A stretch of 51,943 nucleotides of DNA, filler included, from Streblomastix strix (lineage: Eukaryota): assembly GCA_008636045.1 (NCBI GenBank). It is 3 parts of 3 records of this genome, joined end to end, with 100 filler letters (N's around TTAATTAATTAA, not from the genome) between each part and the next. Parts side by side here need not be neighbours in the genome. Positions count along the whole stretch, not along the records: positions 1 to 17,263 come from SNRW01000712.1; positions 17,364 to 34,615 come from SNRW01000713.1; 1 more part is not named here. One strand, written 5' to 3'. Shown piece after piece: positions 11,728 through 24,713 of the stretch. The translations under genes were made by a program, and so were the position numbers. The notes under the pieces are model-generated. The model saw only the letters and a program-made list of their open reading frames with translations. It ran no database searches and was not told the DNA's origin. Position 1 is the stretch's first letter, and the number at the start of each line of letters is the position of its first letter.

Positions 11728-14700
11728 TCACTGAATCCATTCTTTTCCCCATTCCCATCCCTAAGAACCAGGTACTCCACGAGCTGATGGAGAAGAAAGC
11801 TTTTCAAATTTTGTGATCTGGAATGAGGAGTTAATATCATGTATATAGGCCTGAATAAATTATTATACGTTTTAATAATAATAAAATAAATTATAATATG
11901 TTATTAAAATAATAAAGCAAACGAAAACACGGACAGCACTTGGAATGTTAAAAACGTAATTCGGTTGCTCAACTCCCTCGACAAAGAATACGGCAGTGCG
12001 AGGAATAGTGGACATGTTTACTTCAACTGACAAAAGTTAATTTTGTTAGAAAGCATTATTTTATTTATTACCATAACTAAATCCTTTAATAATATGAGAT
12101 AAGTTTCCTCTGAAAAATATAAATTAATTGTCATAAGAAAATAGAATTTAAAGAAATAAAAAAATGTAATAAATAATAAAGTTAAAATAATCACACTTAC
12201 TACTATAACGGACTGTCTCATGCCCATCTATAAAAATAACATAATAATGTAAAATAATATAAAAAAATTAATAAATAAATATTTTTTTAATAGTAACGAA
12301 ATAATTTATTCATACTTCCTAATAAAACATGATGGTTGATGATTTTTCATTTTATTCAAATAAATTATAATATTTAAATAAATTAATTATATATAATATG
12401 ATAGTTTTAACAAACTTGCTGTTGATCCATTAAGATGATATAAATAAAAAGATCAATAAAAAAATTTTATTAATAAAATATAATACATTAACAGAGATTT
12501 CATATATTATCCATACAATCTGGTAATTATATTTAAAGAATAATATTTTGTGAAATTTAATCAAATAATATATAAAAATATGTTAATTATATAAAGGATG
12601 CTTATTTATTCAAACTTGCTATTTTTTATTTAAAAGAAAGAAAATATAGGCAAATATATAATTTAATTAATAAATGAACAAAATATGAATATAATAATAT
12701 ACAATAATAATAAAAAAATTCAATATTCATACCATCTATTATTTCATTTTGAAGAAAGGAAATATAAAAACAAGCATAAAATAAAAAATAAATAAAAATT
12801 TATTGATTGATTATTCTATTTTTAATAAACACACTCACTAAAATTTTATAAATATTTAATATCATGAAAAAATCAACCATGAAACATGTTAAATTTTTAA
12901 AATATAATAATAATAATAAATGAATTTTAATAAATAAAACGATAAATCTAATAAATTCTTAATCAATACAATAATAATATTCATATTTCATACTTGCTAA
13001 TATTTAAATAATATAATAGTAAAAATGAAAGGTTCATAATTATTAAATGAAAAAATTTTTAAATAAAAAAATTATTTAAAATTAATTGAAATAATTATAT
13101 TTATTATATACCTTCTGAAATTTTCAAATAAAATATATAAATATACAATTATTCATAAAATATTATATAAAATTTATAAGGAATAAATAATAAATTAAAA
13201 ATAAATTTAATATATATTTATAGTTAATTCATACAATCTGAAATTTCATGCAAAATGTTGATATTAAAATATTAAAATTCAATAATTGTGATTTACATTA
13301 CAATAAGTTAATAAAAAAATGAAAATAATATTTAATTAGATATAAATAAATTACAAATAATAATAAGCATACTCATTGAAACTTTATTATAGTAAGTAAT
13401 AGCAAAATAAATATAATAAAAATACAAAAAAATAACATAAAAAAATTATTATCAAAAAATGATTTTAATAATTACAACAAAAAAAATATAGTTATTATTA
13501 AAGAAACTATAAATATTCTAACTATTATAATTATTTCAAACTTTCTGATATTCCATTTGGATTAAATGGAAAATGTAAATAAAATCGAAAATTGAGATAA
13601 AATTTTTAATATATAAATTAAATGAATAATAAAAAATTGCTTTATAAATTTTAAATTATTATTACTACTTATTTATTCAAACCTCCTGATAATATTATTT
13701 ATTAGAAATAAAAATATAAGTACATATAATAATAATGAATAAATTTTATTTTATTTTGTAAAATGTATGGCAAACTTGCTATTATTTCATTATAATAAGT
13801 TAATAAATAAAAAATAAAAATAAAATAAGAATAAAAAGATTAATAAAATATTTATTAATAAAATATAAGTTTTATGTCAAATAGTTTTTCATACTCCCTG
13901 ATTCATTATTTAGGTAAAACATAAAGCAATAATAATGTTTATCAAATAAAGACATAAAAACTAAATTTTAGATTTTTTTTAAAAAAATTAATAATAATAT
14001 TTTAATATTATATAATTTCTTTTAATCACACCTTTCTCTGGTGTTTATCCTTTGTTAAATATACAAGATGATTCGGCAATACCAAAACCTAATAAAATAA
14101 TTTAAATAATAAATTATTATTAAAAATAATAAAAATATTAATACTCACGGGCTCATGAGAATAATTATTTCTTTTGAATACAAGTTCACATCGAACTATT
14201 CCTTCTCTAATTATCGGGTCAACTGTAATTGCACAAGAATAATTATTGTCACTTGAATGAATAAATGAAGTTTCCTCAATACGACTAGTTGTATCTCCTA
14301 CTGGAAGGTTAAGCTTTGGTACAATCTGAGCAAGAATTGTGGTTTGATTTTGAAGAGGTATTGGAGCAGAAGCAGGAATTATTGCTCGATCGAGAAATGG
14401 GTATTGAATAGCAGGTTATTGAAAAAATGATGAATTTAAGTTCTGAGCAGATTTCAATCTATCATTCTCTTCTTTCAGAAGTTTATTCTCAGCATCTTTT
14501 GCCCACAATTATTCTTGAATTTCTCTTCTTTATTGTTCAGCTATTTTTACTCTTTATTCAGAAACTTTCAACTATTCCTATGTTTAGCGGAGTTATTCCT
14601 ATGTTGTAATAAGCTATGAATATACATCCTATTGAGGTTATTAACCCAGAAAAGGTGGATATTGAATGGGGATCTGAGTTTGATTTTGATTTCATGGATT

Positions 14701-15138
14701 ATTTGGAGGTGATTTTGATGTTGGACGATTAACCTGAGCTGGTTGAGGTTATTGGTTCCAAGGAATGACTGGCGGTTGAGGTTATCCTTGAATAATAGGA
14801 ACATTAGAATGATATAGATCACGGTCCCATTAAGTCTTTATTAGTCTGAATTTGTGAATGTTTGATGTTTTGGGGAGAATCTCACATTCAAATTCGAGAA
14901 CTTTTTTATTACCCAAGTATGTGATCAGTTCATCTTTATATGGATTCGATCTTTCCACAACAATTTGAATTGGTTAATCAGTAGATGCCTGTGACAATGC
15001 AGAATCAAATTCGATTGTATAAATAACTGATCCATCATTTTAGTTCTTTTAAGACTGAAGCTTCCCACTCAATTTCGTTTTCCACCCAACATAAGCAGCA
15101 GGATTTGCAAAGTACTGTTGCAGATGAATTGAACTCAT
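11728..15138 (-). CDS. SPRY/B30.2-like domain protein with a microexon array; in-frame TGA at codon 149
   Basis: Exons 15138-14145, 14088-14032, [microexons], 12227-12197, 12109-11923 and 11850-11728 join in frame. They give ...ITVDPIIREGIVRCELVF...SFGIAESSCIF...ETVRYSSKGNLSH...LSVEVNMSTIPRTAVFFVEGVEQPNYVFNIPSAVRVF...GWEWGKEWIQ*. The N-terminal part has a globular region, a P/Q-rich linker and a coiled coil. Confidence 0.8.
12316..13897 (-). other. Array of 14 candidate 3-nt microexons (yAG|NNN|GT)
   Basis: 5' to 3' on the minus strand: GGA 13895-7, CAA 13776-8, GAG 13683-5, AAA 13542-4, TGA 13373-5 (acceptor AA, defective), ATT 13235-7, AAG 13112-4, CAA 12994-6, TGA 12835-7, ATG 12733-5, CAA 12616-8, ATT 12517-9, CAA 12416-8, GAA 12316-8. 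Spacers are 88-166 nt. Confidence 0.85.
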
Positions 15139-15408
15139 TCTATAATTATAAAAAATAATATAATAGTATTAATTGAATAAATAAGATATTTAATCTGAAA
15201 TTTGATTTAATAATTATTAATTTAAAGTATTGATATTTTGGGTCTCAACAAGTGGATAAAAAATTAAAATTAGATATTAATTTAGTAAAATGAATTAATA
15301 TAAAAAATATTAAGTATTCGATTAGTTAAAAAAATGCTGATTGATTAGCAAATTGCTAAATTAAGCGAAAAAAATTCAATACGATTTTGGTTTGCAAATA
15401 TATTAATA

Positions 15409-17263
15409 ATGTTATGTATTAAGTACAATAATTATGAAAATTAAATTCATAATGATAAATATTGCAACATTATGTTAGAGAAGTTAGTAGTGAGACGTAA
15501 AATCAAGGTAAAGTAAATTTTTCTTTATCTCTGCATAAAATGAATTATTAATTAGAATAAGAGAAAATAATTATATTTAAATAATCTTTATAATTCAGAA
15601 ACCTTGTGCTGCTGCAATAAAGACAAATGGGCAGCGGACAATTGCGTTCCAAATCTTTATTTTTGCTTCTCACTTTACTCTGTTATTAAATTTGTATTTG
15701 GAAGGGTTATTTATAATTATTATATAACAACTATTTTTCTATAGCATATCTATAGAGACAAAAAATAATGAATTAAAATTAGTCAAGAACAAGAAAGCAA
15801 ATTTTATGTCCTTATTTAAGCCACAACAACTGCAACATAATATAATCCAAATTAACTTTCCTATTACAATTTATATTATTTATTCAATATTAGTATAATA
15901 TACTTTAATCATATTAATTTAATACTATAAAATGACTTTTTATAAGTCGCTGAAAAAACGTACTGCAAACGCTTTAAGATAAACCATTAAAACTTTGTTT
16001 AATTTTATTTGTATTTAATGTTATTTCTTAATAGATTCATTAGAAAATATAAATATTTTAATTCTATGGAGTGGCAAACGAGGTTCCGAAACTTTGGTCA
16101 GAAAGAAACAAAGCTAATGAGCATGCTTGCCTTAGTAGAAGGTGTAAATTCTGCAAATAGTAGTTAATAAAAAAGTTCTACCAATTCTTAATGTAATAAC
16201 CAGAATTCTTAACCTAGTACAAACGAAATAAATCAGAATTTATCAATCGAAGTATAAAATTTCTTATCCTTTTTTTATTTAGTTGATACTTTTTTCTTCC
16301 TTATTCATTTTTATTTATAAATCAGGATTTATAACAACTTCTTCTTTCTCTTCTTATCAAGAATCAAAACATTACTAATACGAAATCCATATCTACAATC
16401 GTTTTTGTTGACATACCTTGTTTAACACAAGAATATTTCAATCCATTTATTAATAAAGTTAATGAATAGGATTAGAAATTAAATAAAACAAATGAAAAAG
16501 TTGAAGATGAATAATAAACCATAAAAACTTAAATTATTAATAATACATCAAAAGAAGTTGAATAATAAAATAAATAAGAAAATATAAATAAAGAGTAAAT
16601 TCATCAATAAAAATCAAAAGGAAAAGGAAAGAAAAACAAATTTAAGAAATAACAGGATGAATCAAAATAAGAACCTTAATCAATAAATATATAATAGTCA
16701 TTAAATATTTAAACATCATCAAAATATTAGTAATAATTCAATTCAAAATAAAAATGGTCAATTCTAAATATTCTCCAATAATAATAAATAAACAATTAAT
16801 CTTCTAATATTCCATCATCAAATCAATCTTTCTCTTTATCCTCATAATCATATTCATTATAATCCATTCATTCAGTAGAAACAAATCCAACAGTCTATGA
16901 AAAAGAAGTCTTCAATTTGAATGGGAATACATTAGATCCTTATTTGACCAAATTAGAACAATTTGTGAATGAAAGAAACAGAATGAAAAAAGAAATATTA
17001 AATTTATAATAAAATAATACAAATATTTCTAATAATAAGAAAAACAATAAGAATCCAACTTTATTTTCACTTCCACCTCCTCTTCGTGGACCACAATGGA
17101 GGCAGATTCAAATTCAATTGAATTAATAAATCAAATTAAAACAAACAAATAAGAAACAAAATCGGATTAAATTAGAGAAATTGATTCTGAGCCGACAGGA
17201 AATGATTGAAAATGAATATCCAATTACATTTTATGGAGATTTAGAGCAAAGAAAGAAAGAAAT
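15409..17263 (+). CDS. N-terminal part of a probable REX1/Rnh70/REXO5-like RNA exonuclease, truncated by the contig end; 5' exons uncertain
   Basis: DLQQLLLSLL...ISTIVFVDIPCL (~16325-16425) and LILSRQEMIENEYPI (~17180-17225) resemble the motifs that precede the DEDDh domain in this family. The catalytic domain is not visible. Confidence 0.45.
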
Positions 17264-17363
17264 NNNNNNNNNNNNNNNNNNNNNNNNNNNNNNNNNNNNN
17301 NNNNNNNTTAATTAATTAANNNNNNNNNNNNNNNNNNNNNNNNNNNNNNNNNNNNNNNNNNNN
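17264..17363. other. Artificial contig linker (N44-TTAATTAATTAA-N44)
   Basis: Exactly 100 nt and identical to the linker at 34616-34715. Confidence 0.97.
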
Positions 17364-18995
17364 GCTTCAAAACTATGAAGTTTGCCTTTATGTTTGTTGA
17401 AAATGCACAAGAAAGTTAGTAATATAATTGGGATTATATAACACAGCACTATGAAAATAGTTGCAATAATAACTTTGAGTTATCGCATTGATCCACGCTA
17501 ACGAACAGATGATGCCCACATATATATTATTAAAAGAAAGCATGACACATATGCATATTAAGCAAGTGCACTGATGAATGCATCACGTGGTTTTTATTCT
17601 ATAAAAATAACAAAAAAATACATGAAAAAATATTGGAATATTAAAAAAAAAAAACTATACATAATAATTATTGGCAAGCAATTTTAGTAAATATGCACAT
17701 TGCCAAACGGATCGTTTATGAGAGTGGAATAAGTATATGGAATAGAGTTGATGGATGGACAAGACGCTTCCAAGAAAATTACTCCTGGAGTCGATATATA
17801 ACCTCAATCCTAATCAGTTCTTCAATTGAAATGATAGAAGAAAGTGCAAAGCATGCTCTGATAAATAAATATAAGGATTATATATTTTTTAAAATATAAC
17901 AAAATTATAAAATAATTATTAATGGATTAAGAAAAGGGCATGCATTTCTACATATCTTACTTGACAGTCTTCGTCGGTTGCCATCGATGAGCAAATTATG
18001 ATCTAATTATTAAAATATAGTTAAGTATGAAAATTAAATAATAAAAATGGAAAAATCATGAAAATTTCATCTGGTGTAATATCGGTAAATGCAGAAAAAA
18101 AACAAATCAAAGTATGCTTGTATAGTCATAGATTCAATAAAAAAATAAGGTTAATGCTACTAAAACTATTATAAATCAACAAATATATGTTTATAATAAG
18201 GATATAGATACAATTTCAGTTTAGGAGTGGAGTTAAGATTTGAATTGCTTTTTCTTCATGACTAAAGGGTTAAACAATTAATTGATTAGCAATCAAAAAT
18301 AAATTAATATTTTAATTTCAATATTTAACTTAAATATTGTTGAGTTAGCAGGAATGCTAAGCAATTTGTTTTTACTTTATGAAGGATTTAAAATTGTTCA
18401 TTTATCACTTAATTTATGAATTAAAAATAACTATATAATAATAATAATTTTTTCATAAATCTTCCTTTATATCTTATTAATTGGAAATTTGAAAATAGGC
18501 ATAAATTTCTGTTAAATTTTACTCATTGACAAATGTCTAAAACTGTTAGTACCGAAGTTTATCTGAACACTTAAGTTCTTCCATAGTTACTTCCAGCTGT
18601 CGAAGCATTACTAAAAGAGGCAGGCTTGCTTAAATTTTTATTTTTTATAATTATTATTTTGTTTTCCATTTATTTTGGTTTAGAGAAACCAGAAAATCCA
18701 GAACAACCTTTAAATCCACTTCATTGGCTTGCATCATACTTAATAAGAAACAATACAGGAGCTAAATGAATAAAAGGAGCAATGAAACTGCTTGCAACGT
18801 TGGAGCACAGTTTTCATTGCACACGATAATGAATTTATGAATTTCGATTGCATTTCATCTTCTTCATTAATATATTTCTTAAAATTTCTTTATGTGGAGC
18901 TCTGAACATTCTTTTCAACTTTTATATTTTTCAAAAATTAAAAATGATAGTGTTTGGTAGTGAAATGTTTTCTGAAGTGGCATATCTAGATTAAA

Positions 18996-21900
18996 TCAAA
19001 ACGGCTTGTTATAATCGCCATTTTCTTCATCACTTCGTGAGCTATTTTCCCCTTCATGAGCTTCATCTTCATCTATAACCTCTCCTCCTATGAATTCGTC
19101 GTCATATGCGTCTTCTCCTTTATTTTGAGCAGCTTGATAATATTACTCTCCACCAATAAATACACTATTCCCACCTCCTCCTTATTGTTATTCATCTCCA
19201 CCTTACTCAACATCATTTGGCATATAACACACAGTTATATCCACTTCACCAATCTTCAATCCTAAATTGTTGTTAATGCCTTGAAAGACTAAAGTGAATT
19301 GAACATGATTATTGAAAAAATCACGAATCTGATCATCAAAAAAGAAATGAAAATAATGATTAATAATATGCATTATAAATAATTGTATATTAATACTGGA
19401 ATTGTTACTTTTCCCATCTGATCATCATTTTCTGAATTTGAATCATAATCCCAAAGTTCAAAGAGAACAACTCTATCTTTTGTTTCAGTAGGATCAAAAT
19501 CAAACGTGAAAGCTTGATAATAAATAATATAAATAATAAGAGAAAATGATGATAAATAATAGACAATAAAAATTTATAATCATTATTACAAATTTAAATA
19601 TATACTTTCATCAAATCGAGCATTATTTGTTTATTAATATCTTTTTGTAATTCCTTCGTATTCTCCAATAATAACTTTAATAAATGGATTGCTTTCTGCA
19701 GGAGATTATTGCTGATATAAGAATAAAACATAATGATATTATAGCAATGAGAAACAAAAAAGTTTAATCTGAAATTAAATATCAAAATATTTAAATTAAA
19801 CTAACATCTTCGGATCTTTTGGATAATTGTAGGTTTCTTGCTTCTTCAAATGTTACTTCAATTATTCCTAAAAATGTTAACAATATTTATTAATTAAAAA
19901 TATTTATATAAATAAAATAATAAATTTGATTGAAAAAAATATATATTATAAATATTTTTTCTTTCAAATTAATTATCCATTTTTCAGTAGTTGATTTATT
20001 TAATAATCAAACCAGGAACATAATTAAAATCATCTTCTTCTTCTCCCTGTTCAATCTCTTCTTCTTCTTCTCCTTCTTCAACTTCTGTATTCTCATTCAA
20101 ATTCAAATTCTAGCTTTCTTTATCTTATTGTTTATTATTCTAATTATCCACTCTGACATTATTATTATTCTCTTCATTTTTCTTTACAATAAACTATTAT
20201 TATTCATTAATCTGTTATTGCAATTATTATTATTAATAATTTTATTATTCATGTTATTATTCATTGATTTATATTTCAACTTTATTGTTTATCTAATTTT
20301 AATATTAATTCTGATTTTATTATTATTGATCAAAGGCAACTTAATCCAATAATTTCATTTATTCTTTTTCTTCTTATTCATTTTCTTCTTATCTTTTCAC
20401 TTCAGATGAAGACTATTTTCTCATTTCTTCAGAAAGAAGTTTTTATTTTAATGATAACATTTCTTATTCATCAATTGTTGGTAATTATAGATTTTAAATC
20501 TCTTTTTCTTTTAATTCTTTTTCTTTTTATTCTTTTTCCTTTAATTCTTTTTCTTTTAATTCTTTTTCTTTCAATCCTTTTTCCTTTAATTCTTTTTCTT
20601 TCAATTCTTTTTCTTTCTATTCTTTTTCTTTCTATTCTTTTTCTTTCAATTATTATTCTTTCAATTATTATTCTTTCAATTCTTTTTCTTTCAATTATTA
20701 TTCTTTTATTTTTTATTATTATTCTTTCTATTCCTTCTCTTTTTATTCTTTCAATTCTTTTTCTTTTTCTATTTATTCTTGAATCTGTTTCTGTTTTTGT
20801 TTCTATTTCTCATCCTCTTATTAATTCTAATTATCAAAATCTCTTTCTTTGTCTTCTTATTTATCTTTCTAAGATTTACGTTCATTATTTTTTTAATTAT
20901 TAATATCTTTATCTTGTTCATCAGCTTATTCTTCCTCTTCTTCAATAACATTCATTTATTCACCATCCATCAAATATCTTAACAATATATCCAGTTCTCC
21001 AACATTATCTTTTCCTTCTAGTTTATTTAATCCTTCAAAATGAACATGAAGAAATCCTGGATCTTAACCTGTGTAGAGCGCAAACTAAATAATAAATATA
21101 TGAATAAATAATAGAATTAGAATATATTTTTACAAAAAAAGTAAGAATAACAGAAAAATGTTGAATATGTTAGAATATATGCTTAAATTTATTATTATAA
21201 CTTTTTTCATAGTTAATTTAAATTAATATAATAATAAGCCATTTAAATATTTTATATTACAATAATACGTAATTAATATAATCATACAGGAATGCCAACT
21301 TATCCAATTTATTCATCATCTTATAATGTTTCATCATAATCCCATAATTCCAATACAACTTCTTTTTCTTATTCTTCTGTTGTCTCAGGATCATATACAA
21401 ATGCAAAGTCTATTAAATAAATAAATAAGAGAAAAAATAAGAGAAAAAATATAAGAATGAGAAATAGAAAGTAATAATGATGTTTATTCCATATTAATTC
21501 ATACTTTCATTAACTTGAGTAAATTCAGTATTTTTCTATCGCTTTGATAATCCTTCATAATCTCCAACAATAACCTATTTTGATTTAATTGTTATTATTA
21601 TAATAAATTATATATATGATTAACAGAGTAATAAAGGCTTTATTTCATTCAAAATTAATTTCACTATTTTTAATTTAATTATTTACTCAATTTAACAATA
21701 TAATAAATAATACCTTCATATAAGGTTCCTATTTCCCTTATACTTTCTCATCATGGCAAACAATATTCTTAGCATCTAACAGAACAACATCAATCTTTCC
21801 TTTCTTATATTTGAAGTCTTTTAAAATTCCATCTATATTTGGTTGTTCCTTATCAAATGTGGTTGCAACAACATTATGATTGGTAGAAGACTAGAAAAGT

Positions 21901-24713
21901 TTGTGCAAAGTCTGCTAAAGAAACGATTCTTCCCTTCTTGATGTTTTTGATTCCTATATTTAAATATCTTATTATTATTATTCCTTAACTAATTATAAGT
22001 CTGGAGGAGGCTATAAATTCATCTTCTATAATTCTTTGAGATACCTTTCTGTCTCTTTCTAAATCTCTTTATCCAAATAACTCAACTCTTTTTGTCTTTT
22101 TGATAATTCATCTTTTCTTTTCTTATCTTATTCGTCTCTCCTTTATTTAAGTATATCTTCTATTTCTTCTTTTTAGCATCTCTATGATTCTGTTTCTAAT
22201 TATTGTTTCAATTCTTCTAATTCTTTATTCTTCTTCTCTTCAATTTCTATTTATTTCTTTATTTCTTTTCCCCTTGATGATAATAATGGCTTCTTTGCTT
22301 TCTTCTTTTCTTATTATTATTCAATATCCTTATCCTTATCCTTATCTTTATTCTTATCTTTATCTTTATCATTATTCTTATCTTTATCTTTATCTTTATC
22401 TTTATCTTTATTATTGTTTTTATCTTTATCTTTATTATCAATATCTTTATCTTTATCTTTATTCTTATCTTTAATCATCATAAATATCCTTTTATTTTTA
22501 TCTTTATTATCAATATCTTTATCTTTATCTTTATCTTTATTTATGTCTTTATCTTTATCTTTATTATCAATATCTTTTTTCTTTTCTTTTGGTTTCTCTT
22601 TAATTTCATCTTCTTTATATTTCTCTAATTTCTTTTTCTATAATTGAGTTGGAGTTGGTGTCTTTTAATTCAGATTTTATCTCTTAATTTGTTATAATGC
22701 ATTTTCTACTTCTTATTCTTCTTTCTTCTCTTTTTCTTTTTCTTTTTCTGTTTTCTTCTTTTTAAGTTTTTCTTTTTCTTTATTTGGTTTCTTATTTTAA
22801 TCATAATCATCATCTCTTTAATCATCATAAATATCTTTTTATTTATCTTTATCTTTATCCTTATCTTTATCCTTATCCTTATCTTTATCTTTATTATTGT
22901 CTTTATCTTTATCTTTATCCTTATCTTAATCTTTATCTTAATTGTATTCTTTCTCTTTCTTCTTCTTCTCCTTTCCATCTTCTTCTATTAATCCTTCATT
23001 CTTCTGGTCATCATTAAATAATTGTTTCTTTATTTCATTTACAATCTTCTTACATTCATTGAATGTTAAATTAGTTGGATGGTTTCTTGCTTATTCATCC
23101 ATGAAATCACATAATTCCTAATTATTATATAATAATATCACATAAATAAATAAATAATAAATATAAAATTATATATATATATATATATATATATTCATCA
23201 ATCAATCATACCTAATCACTCTTGTCATCCATAGTCATTAGTTTCTATAACAATTATCCTTTATAAATTCCCCTATTAATCTTCTTCTCTACTCCCAAAG
23301 TCAGCATCTTAATCCTCTCTATCTCTTATTCTCTCTCATAATCTCTTTCTCTTTCTCTTTCTCTGTTATTTCTTTCTTTCTCTTTATCTCTTCTTTCTTA
23401 TTCTTTCTGTTATTATAACTTCAACACTCTGTATGAATTCCTTTCTTCATCATCCCATAGATTCTCATTCTGTGGTGACTTCATGAATTCTGGTGATGAT
23501 TGTGGCTTATAGGGGGTTTTATGGGCAACTATTATACAATGAATATTAATAAATAAATGAATAAGAATAATATAATATTATTGTAAATCTATTTACATAT
23601 TATATATTTAATTATTTATGTTTTCCAATAATATTTAATTTTCTTTCATTTACACCAATAGATTAATAAGGGGTACTTCATTAAGAATCTGCATATCTTG
23701 ATGATTTATTAGTTCTATTAAATTCCATCACTGTAGATGATCTTGTTTTACCTGGTTAATAACAGTTAGTGAGATATAAATGAAAGAAATATTAATTAAA
23801 TGCATAAAACAATAAAATAGATAAATTAAAAAATAGTTTAATGAAGTAATAAAACCTTGTGATTATATTTGAGATAAATCAATTTCAGAGCCTGATCTAC
23901 CTATTATAAACAATAATATTAAATAACAATATTTAATTATTAATATAACAATAAATAATAATAATACTCATTGGATCAATTGGTATAACTGATCCTTATG
24001 TTATTCTCTTTCTTCCCATAATATGAATAACCTTATTAATATATTATAATATAAATAAGTAAATATATTATATTATATTAAATATTATATACTTCAGTTG
24101 GATCTTCAGTTGCTTTCTCATCTTCTATTCTTTTCTTAAGACTTGGATATATTGTTGCATCAAATGGATTCTTTCTTCTTTCAACAAGATTGTTGCTATT
24201 GACGATCCTCCTCTACATATGATGTACTCTATTATAATGCTCAACTGATTCAAATTGTTCTTTACGATTGGCTGTATGAAATTTGCTTATCTTGTCTTTC
24301 CTGATTGATATAATTATAATGTTATATTATATAACTCAATAATTGTATGAATATACATATCATATGTGTGAGGTTAAGAATTATCAACTGATGGCTTCAC
24401 AAAGTTTGAACGACGAGCCGCTTCACGGACTTCAATGAATTAATCAACAAGTGGCCTTCGCTTAGGGTATACTTTAACTGGAGTAAGACGAGCATCAACT
24501 TCTGATTTCATCTTCTATACGCCATGTATATGGTTAAACCTAAGATTATTTAGCCATTATAATGAAAATTTTCTAAATATGATAATTAACGTACATATTT
24601 TCAAGGATTATTATTTATCCGGTTTAGCTACGTCCATCTGCCACTAATGGTTATTAAGCCCTCCAATCTTGCATTGGTGTAGCTCGAGAGTTACGAGATT
24701 TTCCAGTGCTCAT
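18996..24713 (-). CDS. Large multi-exon protein with two C2 domains and charged repeats; N-terminus weakly SPATA7-like
   Basis: ATG at 24713, TGA at 18996-18998. C2 #1 (~20960-21810): KGKIDVVLLDAKNI...EPYMK...LELWDYDETLQDDEQIG. C2 #2 (~19220-19870): GIIEVTFEEARNL...NPFIKV...FELWDYDSNSENDDQMG. Confidence 0.8.
20495..20780 (-). repeat. Coding ~18-nt tandem repeat (K/E/R-rich coiled coil)
   Basis: Repeated TTCTTTTTCTTTCAA-like units on the + strand. Confidence 0.8.
22320..22940 (-). repeat. Two blocks of coding hexamer repeat (Asp-Lys/Asp-Gln dipeptides)
   Basis: (TTATCT/TTATCC)n at ~22320-22570 and ~22840-22940. Confidence 0.85.

Noticed and set aside
12228..14031. CRISPR-like or satellite interpretation of the periodic motif
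   Set aside because: Only splice-site nucleotides are conserved, there is no long direct repeat, and the context is a eukaryotic intron.
17308..17319. TTAATTAATTAA palindrome (also 34660-34671)
   Set aside because: It is a synthetic linker embedded in Ns.
17364..18100. Coding-like fragments at the start of contig 2
   Set aside because: No consistent exon chain or recognisable domain could be built.
18450..18900. Possible tyrosine-recombinase relic (FGTNSFRHLSMSKI, minus strand)
   Set aside because: Only one weak motif in broken frames, which is not enough to call.
19930..23017. Long hydrophobic plus-strand ORFs in the supplied track (LILFLSIL..., YLYLYPY...)
   Set aside because: They are antisense shadows of the charged repeats in the minus-strand C2 gene.
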